Assembly (NCBI RefSeq): GCF_009914755.1
Contig: NC_060939.1
Length of the DNA: 64,000 nt
Reading direction: 5' to 3' (one strand)
DNA from: the human T2T-CHM13v2.0 reference genome, Homo sapiens
Part shown: piece after piece, positions 53,185-64,000 of the stretch
Numbering within the stretch: position 1 is the stretch's first letter
How the letters are laid out: each line of letters begins with the position of its first letter
Notes under the pieces: generated by a model
The model's database searches: none
The model's input: the letters and a program-made list of their open reading frames with translations, nothing else
Told to the model about the DNA's origin: nothing
Translations under genes and position numbers: made by a program

Positions 53185-53320
53185 GGGCTGACCCAGGTTT
53201 GCCAGGGACAGATTGGGTTTAACTCCATTACAGATTAATTAAAACCTATTAATTATTGTGGTGACCCCTTTCACTCTCAAAAGTGTCCTGGTGTAAACGG
53301 TAAATCACATGGCCACCCTA
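53185..53320. mobile_element. hAT-Blackjack MITE (MER94/MER81-like)
   Basis: 'ccctttcactctcaaaagtgtcctggt...atggccacccta' terminal motif. Confidence 0.6.
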
Positions 53321-54299
53321 TTCTTCACAGCCTTTGTGACATAGGTATTGGTCTCCTAATCCCACAGATAAGGAAATGGTAGTTGGCTTTGAGAGGCTAA
53401 GCAACTTGCTTAATCTAGCTAGTGGTGGAGCCAAGATAAAAACTCAGTTCTGTTTGGCCCGCAAATCCATGTTTTTAACCACTACCCTTCAAGGATCCTT
53501 TTTCTTCCATATGCTAGGAAAAAATTACTTATAATACAGCGCTGAAATGGGTATCACATCCTTTATTTGTTTTTAAAGTGCAAGTAACCTTTCCTCCTAG
53601 GACATTTATCTTTATGTTAAACTTAAATTCATCTTATTGAAAATTCAAGTGATTCTTTGGGCTCTGTCCCAGTGGATCTGGAGACCAGCTGGTCATGAGG
53701 ATTTTAACTTTTTTCAAGTGTATTTATCCCTCAAGCCTCTGTAAATGGAAAACGTTGACTGCAAGGAACAAAGCCTAGCAGTGCTTTGCATAGCATCCTA
53801 TACTGCGTTGGTTTATGTATCAGCAATAGGATGATGTGAGGGTTTGGGCAATGCTGAGGCATGTAGTCATGAGCTGAGGTGATATTCTTAAGGCCAAGGA
53901 CACAGTAAACCATTCCTTGGTTGTCCTGAGAAGAAAAGAGGGCAGTATTTCTAAAGAGTAGGGATTCTGAAGATGTTGAATACATTGCCCTAAAGGTGTG
54001 CTGATCTGGAGAAAAGTGGGGTGGTTAGGAAGTAAATGTGGCAATAGTGGCTAAAATTATAAAGTTACCTGGCAGGACAATATCATCTCTATTGGACAGA
54101 AAAGGAAATAGATTCATTCAGCTTTTGACTTGCTTGCTCAAGGTTACACACAAATAAAAAGGCCAGATCTTGAATTCAGGGTTTCTAACTAAATAATTCT
54201 CCCGTTCATTCTCTCTTCCCCCATCAACTCACCTTCTAACCTATCAATTAATTTATGTTACTAGTTATCAAACATTTGAGTACCAACTTTTGTACCCAA

Positions 54300-54482
54300 A
54301 TAGTTCTCAAATTTTGATGGTTATTTGAAACACCTTGGGACCTTTAAAAAATACTGACTTCTTTCTGGCTGCCAACATGGACTTCGTAATTTAATTGCGT
54401 GGGCTGTGATCTGGGCATCAGAATTGTTTTAATAAAAACTCGCCAGATGATTTTAATGTATAACCAAATTAGGAATCCGCTG
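54300..54482. mobile_element. MER5A1-like DNA transposon relic
   Basis: 'tagttctcaaattttg...tttaaaaaatactga...ctgggcatcagaatt...gatgattttaatgt...gaatccgctg'. Confidence 0.65.
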
Positions 54483-57043
54483 TGCTGGCACTTGATTGAA
54501 GCTAGGCATAAGATGACCCAGGCAAACTGATGCTCTTAAAAATTGTAAGGAAATAGGGGATTCAAAGTCCATCCTTCTTACTTAAAGTATACAGAGAAAA
54601 CATTTAAGCATAGGGGCCTATGGTGTTCATAATATTCAGGGCATATGTAATAAAAGTTTCTAAATGTTGCAGTCTCTTAGAGTGTCTAATTTTTTTTTCC
54701 CCTGAGCGGTTTGGGGATGAACACAGCAAAATAAGGTTTCTTCAGTGTCTTGTACTTATGTGAAGTGTACAGAGTGAAATATATGCCACTTCTATGTTCG
54801 AAACCTGAAGTGAAATAGATATGAATAAGTTGTAATTGAATTAGCACCTCACAACAGCTGCTTTCAGGGGGTAATTTAGGCTTCTTTTTATATCATGCTT
54901 CAGACTTTGATGTGATGAAAGGATTTCGGAATGTACTTTCAGAATTCTTCTTTTCCTCAGAGTCACATGGTTAAATGATCAGAGATCACATTTTATTTCT
55001 GTGTGGAAAAACCTCCATTAATCTGATGCAAAGTAGGCACTCTTGAATCCTGAGGGAAATGAGAAGTGGCTTTCCTTTTAAGAGCTTGCCAGCTAAGCAG
55101 GCAGCTAGGCTGTGCCCATGGGCATCTGCCTCGTGGTGCTCCAGGTGTTTCTCCTCAGGAGGGCCCCAGAAGTCAAGGCACATTAGCAATGAGTCTCCAA
55201 CTTCTGTCCAATTCAACCCTAAGGACTCTCTAGATCCAGGGGTGTTTCTGGAACAGTAATATTAAGGCATCACCCAAGAGTATTACAAGAGGAGCAAAAT
55301 AGAGATTCTCCTTTGCAGACTTGAATAAAGCTTGAACCAGTTTGCTGTAAACATGAATGCATTACAAATTGGGGGCAGTTGCTTTGTGGCAGAGACTGGA
55401 GGCAATGGCTCAGAGGCAGAATGAATATTCAGATATAACCTGCATGTCCAACAGCCTTTGTTATTACATATGCCAGCACATTAGATATTAATTTAACCTG
55501 TGAGGTCATAGAATCAGAAGGGATAATATGAAGAGATCACAGGGCTTTCTGATTCCCTGTTAAATTGCCTCTAAGCTATTTAACATTTAGGATTTATAAG
55601 TTTCCACATCACAAAACTCTCCTTGCTCTTCCATCTGCTGGAAGCAGTGTCAGAGCACAGTCCAGACCTGCTTGTTAATTGGTGGATAGATGCTACGTGC
55701 AGTTGGCATCAAGACTTCCATGGTGACTGTAAGGGACAGAGTACAGCCAGGTTGGGGGTGCAGGGCTCCGAGCTTCATAGTGAAGGAGCAGCAAGGCAGC
55801 ACAGCTTTTCATATCCTCCTTTATCTTTGTCTCCTTTCTTTCTCATTCATCATTTCCTATCCATCCTTTAAAGAGCCTGAATTTCTTGTATTCATGGATT
55901 GTAAATGGAAAAACTACTAGGTGCCCAATTTTACATACATAATCTCATTTAACACAATCTGTTGGAAATGGTTATCATCAGCTTATTGTTTTCCTGCTGC
56001 ATTCTTACATCATGTTCCATGTGCATATCTATAGTGACACAATGTTTTCTCTATTTGTCCCACTAGAGTGTGTGCTTCCTGAGAGAAGAGACAATGTTTC
56101 TTTCTGAACTGTTACTGTTAAGCACAGCAGTTTCATATGATGATAGATGCTGGGCATAATTATAAATATATTTAAAAATTTAGTACCTGGTATTTGCCAA
56201 GGAAGTAAATATTGAGTGAAGAAAGAAAACTAAAGTCCAAGAAGTGGAAAAGTGTTTTACACAAAGTTACACATAGTTATAAATTGATTCTAACCCCAAA
56301 GCTATCATCCTGCTATTATGCAGTCTCCTTTGATGAAGATGAAATCCAACATTAGATGTCACCGTATGTTTTCACAACTTGCTATTGAGTGAGCTGCCCA
56401 GGTTTTGCCGTCTAATTATAGGCTTCAAATGGGGTATGAGTTAGATTGGCCTGTTACAGAGTTAGGAATTTAGATGGTTCTCAGGGCAAGCTTATAAAGA
56501 AATAGTGATTTCCCTTAATATTTTGGTTCATGTTTAAGAGAGAGGGCATTCTCATTCTCTCAAACTTAAAGGAGAAGCTTTATATGAATTACAAAATGCT
56601 ACGGTTAAGTTTGTGCTTCAAAAAATACAGTAAATAGACTATATGCTTCTAGCCTTACACAGAGTATCAGTGTACTATTAGGTTGTACCATTAGGCTTTC
56701 ATAACGAAGTCAAAATGACCAAGGCACCAGCATATTTTCACAGTCCAGCTATAATGCTAAGAAATGAGCTGGCTAGGACGTATGAAATTCAACTTGTGGC
56801 TCTACTTATAACATTTTCATGACTATAAGAAGAGAACTGGAACATAGATGTTCAGTAGCATAAGTGCCAGAATAGTGCCATTAAGTGCAAAGCAATTTCA
56901 GGTGAACATACATTTTGATTGCAAGCTATCTAGATAATATCTTCAATTATCTATAGTATTTCCCCTGCATAGCCACAGATGCTGAATTGCTTTGTGAAGA
57001 TTTCCACTTCCTTTTGTACTATGATATCAAAGCTATGACTTTT

Positions 57044-57047
<4 letters not shown>

Positions 57048-57083
<36 letters not shown>
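57048..57083 (+). repeat. (CA)n microsatellite
   Basis: About 17 CA units. Confidence 0.95.
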
Positions 57084-57084
<1 letters not shown>

Positions 57085-57618
57085 AAACTAGGAGAGAAAT
57101 CACAATGGGAAAAGAACAACTTAGAAATAGTTTTTGATACCAAACATACTGAATTAAGAAATAAAAAATTATGAGATGGGGTTATTAAAAGACATGATTT
57201 TTCAGCTGCTGTATTCTTGTTATTTCATTAGAAAGATATAAGTAGGAATTGAGAAAAGTTGAAACTGCTCCAGCCAAAAAGATGTAGGTAATTAGAGCAA
57301 TCTACCCTTGGCTGAAACACAATGAAAGTGACAGGGCTGTTGAAATTCCATCTCTAAAGCCTTTAAATACAGTTTGAGTATTTTCTACAGAAATTTGAGG
57401 CAGTGATAATGTGTAGGGATATAAATGGGAAGTGGCAGCAGCTCAAGAAAACATGGAAAATAGAGTGTACAGAAAGAGGATTGGTTTTAAAAATCTGGAG
57501 GCTTTAAACATGCTCCATCAGCTGGTCTAGTGATAGCACAGCCACTTACCTTCCCCATTCTGATGCCTCTTCATGCTGGCCATTTTAATCCGATTTCACC
57601 CATTTAAGAATACTGAGG

Positions 57619-58128
57619 AAAGAAAATAAATTGTTCTACCATAAAGACACATGCACTCCTATGTTCACCACAGCACAATTCTCAATAGCAAAGACATGGA
57701 ATCAACCTAGGTTCCCATCAGTAGTGGAGTGGATGAAGAAAATGTGGTATATATACACAATGGAATACCATACAGTCATAAAAATAATGAAATCATGTCC
57801 TTTGCAGAATATGGATGTAGCTGGAAGCCATTATCCTAACTGAATTAATATAGAAACAGAAAAACAAACACCACATGTTCTCACTTATAGGTGGGAGTTA
57901 AACAATGGGTACTCATGGACAAACAAAAGCTGACAACAGTAGAACTGGGGATTCCAAAAGGGAGGAGGAGAGGGGCAAGGGTTGAAAAATTAACTATTGG
58001 GTACTATGGTCAGTTCTTTGGTGATAGAATCAATCGCATCCCAAACCTCAGCATCACGCAATGTACTCAGGTAACAAAGCTACACGTGTACCACCTGAAT
58101 CTAAAATAAGAGTTGAAATTTAAGACAA
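57619..58128 (+). mobile_element. L1PB-like 3' fragment (5'-truncated)
   Basis: 'gggttgaaaaattaactattgggtactatg...ccaaacctcagcatcacgcaat'. TSD aagaata(ctg/ttt)agg at 57606-57618 and 58129-58141. Confidence 0.85.
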
Positions 58129-58653
58129 AAGAATATTTAGGGGTGGGAAATTCACATAGCAAATATGTATTTGCTGCCTATAATGCCTCCACCGGTGCCA
58201 GCTGCTCAGAAGGCTCAGAGATCAAAAACAGATGTACACCATTTTGCCCCAAACTCTTGTTCTTAACTTTTATGTAATCAGGTCTTAGATGGGGTTTGTC
58301 TATAAAACAAAACAGAGAGGTAAAGAGGTTTAGGGTATAGCAAGAGTGTTACTTAGAACAGAAGCTTCATAAGTTAGCAAGTGAAAAAGGGAGAAGCTTG
58401 ATGATTGGAATAAAGTCAGGAGCTTGAAGGGATGGATGACACAGAGAAATTGAACAGGGAAAACCAAAGGAAACTCTAAGCAGGGAATGATTGTGTAGTT
58501 GAAGGAATTCTGAGTAATGCCAATGTCATGATGTGGTCCAGGAATGGATGGTGGAAATAGAACGGAGAGAAGGATTATCAGAGTTGAGGATGTCATGGAA
58601 CTGACAGGGAGCATTGTTGGCTGGGTTGTCCACGGGACTGGTAAAGTTAAGCT

Positions 58654-58656
<3 letters not shown>

Positions 58657-58703
<47 letters not shown>
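58657..58703 (+). repeat. (TG)n microsatellite
   Basis: About 23 perfect TG units. Confidence 0.95.
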
Positions 58704-58704
<1 letters not shown>

Positions 58705-58930
58705 ATGCACACATCCATGTGTGTAAAACATGGCAGCTCCGCATGTCCAAGCTTATAAAATAGGAGCTGCATGTATCATAAAGTTCAAAACACTGATATT
58801 ATCTTCATAGAAATATTTTTCACTAAAACAAATGCCAACAAATATAATCATTACTACATATGTGTTCATTATGACAATATTGTGATATTATAACATGCAA
58901 AGTGAGAATTTTCAGAAATGGGAATGTTCT

Positions 58931-59317
<387 letters not shown>

Positions 59318-60450
59318 TAAAAAATCTCACAACATCGTGAATGTACTAAATGTTGCTAATGGTAAAGTTTACACTATATATATAGTAGTACAGTAAAAAA
59401 TCCTCCCTTATCTACCCTAAGCAAATCATTTTGTTTTATAGCCCAGAAATTCTGAGTAGATTGATATAAGTACCAATTTCTGTTGTTTTTGTTCAATATT
59501 CAATTACAGCATATTAAATAAGTACGGGAAAGAGAGGAGTTTGGCCTTATTTTAAACGTAGTTTAAGTCAGCACACATTTATTGAACTTTCAGTAGATGC
59601 TAGGAATAGTGCTCAGCCTTGCATGGGCATCAGCAACAAACACCAAATAGTCCCTGTCCCCAGGAGCTCATAGTCTAGAGGTTAACAGAGGCATCAGCAA
59701 ACATCTTTTATAAGCAAAAGATATATTTAATGATTTCAACATGGGCTCAGATTTTTTTGTTTGTTTTTTGTTTTTTTGTGTTTTTTTGGTCAGAGGAGAA
59801 GGTGGAGATTGAGATAATTTTGTTCTTTATTTCTAGAGGACTTTAAAAGAGGTAATCAAACAGTAACTTGTTTCACATCTAAATTAATAGGAGCATGAGA
59901 AATACTACAGCCACTACTTAAAGAGAGCTGCAGATAATTTTAGACGAAGTTTGTCACCCAATCCCCTTTTTTCTCCCTACCTATACCAATGTTCAAAGAA
60001 ATGAGGGCAAATTTCTAAAATCAGAACAAACCGAAATTTGGACAGCTCTAGAGACAAATTGCAACATCCCTTCTCCCGAAAACCATTCTCAAATTTCAAA
60101 TGGACTCAGCCTCAGGGTTTCATATGACTGCCTAATTTAGATCATTCTTTATCTCTTTGTTTTCTCCACTACCACAATCAAAGTGAAATGAACACCTGGG
60201 CTTATTGTTGTTTTGCCTTTTTACCTGGTCTTGAAGCCTTTGTGCTGCCTTACTTTCAGTGAAACAGTCTGTGCTCCAAGAGAAACTAGAAAGGGCTGAA
60301 TACAGATGCTTCAGCTTATTGAGGAGGAAACGGAGGACTTGACTTGCCCAAATTATCCCATCTTTTGATAGTGGAATTATGATGATAAGGCTCAGGCTGT
60401 CTGATCCCCATCACAGGCTACTCCAATAGCCTCTGCTTCCTGTCTTATTT

Positions 60451-61286
60451 GTTTTTTAAAAGTATTTTATATTGGTATATAGTAGTCGTACGTATTTTGG
60501 GGATCCACATGATAGTTTGATACCCTTATGCTATGTATAATGCTCTAATCAGGGTAATTGGGATATCCATTATCTCAAACATTTATCTTTTCTTTGTGTT
60601 GGGAGCATTACAGTTCTTGTAGCTCTTTTCAAATATACAATCGATTATTATTAACTATAATTACTGTACTGTCGAATACTAGAACTTATTCCTTCCACGT
60701 AACTGCATTTATGTATCCATTAAGCAACCTCTCTTCCTACTTCCACCCTGCTTGCCCTCACAGCCTTTGGTAACCACCATTCTTCCTTCTACCTCCATGA
60801 GAGCAACATTTTTAGCTCCCACTTATAGGCGAGAATGTGAAATATTTGTCTTTCTGTGTCTCACTTGTGCCACTAACATAATCACCTCCAGTTCCATCCA
60901 CGTTGCTGTAAATGACAGGATTTCATTCTTTTTTATGGCTGAATAATTTACTGTGTATATATCACATTGTTTTTATCTGTTCATCCTTTGATGGGCACTT
61001 AGGTTGATTCCATATTTTGGCTACTGTAAATAGTGCTGCAATAAACATGGGAATGTAGATATCTCTTAGATATACTGTTTTTTTTTTCTCTTGTATATAT
61101 TCTCAGCAGTGGGATTCCTGGTTCATATGGTATTTGTATTTATAGATTTTGAGGAACCTCCATACTGTTTTCCACAATGGCTGTACTACTTTACATTCCC
61201 ATTAACAGTGTATAAGACTTCTCCTTTCTCCATATCCTCACCAGCATTTCTTATGGTTTCTTTTTGATAATAGCCATTCTAACTAG
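60451..61286 (-). mobile_element. L1MA-type 3' fragment
   Basis: Antisense L1MA 3'UTR. Perfect 12-bp TSD cctgtcttattt at 60439-60450 and 61287-61298. Confidence 0.88.
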
Positions 61287-63284
61287 CCTGTCTTATTTCT
61301 TATCCTTGTTCATGCTCGTGTTGGTGGTCATCTTAGTTTAACTCTGTTGATTTTTCACCCATACCTAGTAGCTTACCCACTCTTTTAAGACTCAGGGTGT
61401 CCTTTGGTTTTCAGGGCTCAAAGACCTCTAACTCAGTTTGGTAATTTATTGCTTGCACTTCTACTTGATAGAGATTTCATGGCTATGTTTTGTATATTAA
61501 GTCTCACAACAGAAAACAGATCCAAGCTACAATATTAAAGTGGGAAACTCAATATAATATAGATGATCCATGTTAATCAGAATAAATCTTACAGCCAAGT
61601 TCTTCATAAAGTGGATTTCTATTTATATTTCTTCATGGACTTCATTACAGTATCTGAGCTGGGTATCACTGCAATAAATTGAAGAAGCAGATTTTTACAA
61701 ATCGCATTTTAGAAAAAGAATTATTGTGGTATTTTAATAAATGGGGTGAACTAGGTAGAAGGCAGCATTTAGAACTCCTGGGATAAGCATTACTTTTCCC
61801 ATTAAAAGTTTTTACAGTTTACAGTTAAAAATAACAGTGAGATCACCCTCTCTCTTACCCTCTCTGAGACACTAAGGAGATATGCTACCTCCAAGTAGTT
61901 GTCTATTTTCCTCCATTTCATGCAATTACAAAGGTTTTTTGAATCTGACTGGAATGAGATCTGGGTTTGGATCCCCATTCTGCTATTGTCACCACAGGCA
62001 ATATGTAACCTAAGTCTTAGTTTCTTTACCTGTGTGTTGAGGTAATGCCTACCATAGGGAGTTGTGAGACTGAGTATGACCCTAGAGCAGACTAACCAAG
62101 TCTGAAGACTTATGTATATAATCTATATCATGTTTTTTTTTTTTTTCCTAAATGGTAGCTTGGGTTTTATAGGATCGTAAGAAAGGAACCAGAATGTCCC
62201 TATGCTTTGAGAGACTCTTTTGTATTCTTTGTCTTGTTCAAAGTTTTATTACCCTTTTCAGACCACTAGTGTATCATTTAATGAAAAGCTTTTGAAATAA
62301 GTTCAAGGACTATAGTCTGGAATGTACATATGAATTATGACAAAAATAAAACTTATTATTTGGAATTTCTATGAACACACAACACAAAGTAAGAATGTGA
62401 TCTGGAAATGACCCAGAGGACTCATTAAATAGTAACTAACCACTCTGACAACCTAGATCCCAAAGTAGAGTGCTTTTGGAGGGTGGAGCATCATTTGGTC
62501 AGTTTTATCAGTTTTTATAGTCAGTCCTTTCATATCCATGTCAATAAATCCTAGCATCTAATCAAGTTACATGTGATAGATACTCCCATCTTCTCTGCAG
62601 CCAACTTGTTACCCTCATCCCAACTATGCACATATTAAGTTACTGTCCCCCACCACATAGCTTTCCTGATTTTATATATCACAGACACAAAATATAATGA
62701 AGTATTATAAATTATTCTTAGGTAATGGATGAGTTATAAACTTCTTTTTAAAAAGTCTCAAAATTGTTTGCTCTGTGTATGTGTGTTTGTATATGTTTGT
62801 GTGTATGTGTGTATTCCTGCACCTAAAATGGATAGAGGGGCAAAATTCAACTTTTGAGCAACTGCCTATTTTTTGATGGTTCCTAGGTTTTCCATCCTTA
62901 TGCTTTCCTTCATCCCTGAGGTTTTGCTGCAGCCAGTAGTCAGTGAACAATTTCCGGAGCTCTCTGGGGGCACTCCAGCCAATACAGCATGGCCCAGCAG
63001 GGGGATATCTGTTTCTCCCAAGGCTTGCCCACTGGCACAGCACCGGACCATGAAGCCCCTGAGCCTTGGTGCTCTTATTCCTTTGCTGGGGGACTCTGCT
63101 GGGGCAGCCCTCCTCTCTGAATTGCTTCACCTCTCAGGAAGTTACTTTGTTTGCAAAGAGGGCTACAGAAGCTGGTGTTCTAGATCTTTTGTCTGAAAGA
63201 CACTGCCCTTAATTTGTCTTCATGAGGAGGGATGAATGTACACACTGTCATTATGATTCTTTTGTCAGTGGGGCCTTGGATGCA

Positions 63285-63480
63285 TGGTGCACAGTGGTTA
63301 AGAGCGGGCTAGAATCAGCAAGGGCAGCATAGAGTGGTTAACAGTTTAGAAACTGTTTGAATCTTGATTTTCTTACTGTGTGACCTCTCTAAGCCTTCAT
63401 CTCCCTAACAGTAAAACAGAAAAAATGAGGTTGCTGAGAGCATGTTAAATTGGTTAATATATGTCCATGCCAGGAAAAAA
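63285..63480 (+). mobile_element. MIR relic
   Basis: 'cagtggttaagagc...tttgaatcttg...tactgtgtgacct...ggttgctgagag'. Confidence 0.6.
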
Positions 63481-64000
63481 GTAGTTTTTAGCCATTGAAT
63501 AATATTACTGCTGTAACAACACAGACATTCCTGAAAAGCCTTGTAACTGGTTTCCTATTTACCACACACATATGAGATAATTCACCAAATACAAATATGT
63601 ACGGTAGCAGAATAACCTGCATTGTAAATGGCACATCAGCATGAGAAATCTACAAACCTACTTCTTAGTGTCAAAAATTTGGGGGAAAAAGAAGGCAGAG
63701 AAATTACAAACTCCTTCTCTACTCTTCACTTATTCTTCTTTCTTATCTTTAATGTCTTTCTTCATTTCTTCACTTCTGATTTTATTATCAAATTTTAGGA
63801 GTTACTGAGTTAATGCGTTATGTTTTCTTTAAGAGATAGCTCCTCTCTATCTCCATCAAATAGCATGAAATTTGAGGCTTGTGTACTATCAAATTGTTTG
63901 CATTATTTTTAATCCATGACATTGATGATAGCTATAATATAATCTCAGATTCCTGATTCCTGCTTGTATTTTGTTTAAACTCTACTGCCTATTTAATATC

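Noticed and set aside
58330-58750. His/Thr- and Cys/Val-rich ORFs
   Set aside because: Artefacts of the (TG)n microsatellite.
62705-63196. Overlapping 141-aa and 107-aa ORFs in a GC-richer patch
   Set aside because: No recognisable homology or exon structure. A small exon cannot be excluded without data.

Overview
This is primate (human-like) non-coding genomic DNA: AT-rich, CpG-depleted and dominated by transposable elements. I could not identify the locus and found no credible host protein-coding exon; the longer ORFs in the track map to Alu, L1, LTR or ERV sequence or look like chance. Main structures: (i) a probable processed-mRNA 3'UTR retrocopy (~11.5-17.15 kb) joined to a 3'-truncated Alu and split by a 4.5-kb internally deleted class III HERVL18/HERV-S-like provirus (two LTRs, 5-bp TSD CAGGC, tRNA-Ser-type PBS, gag/pro/pol relics, two diverged internal duplications); (ii) a full-length decayed L1PA11-13-like element (37.3-44.4 kb, with TSD) carrying an LTR3-like solo LTR and a ~119-bp tandem duplication; (iii) a convergent 5'-truncated L1PA15/16-like element containing an Alu with a twin-priming-type inversion; (iv) solo MER9, THE1, MST and MLT1 LTRs, about 13 Alus, MIR/L2/MER5 relics and microsatellites; (v) two repeat-free, mildly CpG-enriched segments (~19.1-20.35 kb and ~26.9-27.85 kb) with promoter-like motifs and splice-donor matches that may be alternative first exons of a + strand transcript. 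I see no evidence for a new biological system. The interesting signals are retrotransposition, recombination and conversion footprints. Subfamily names come from recalled consensus sequences and need RepeatMasker/Dfam confirmation.
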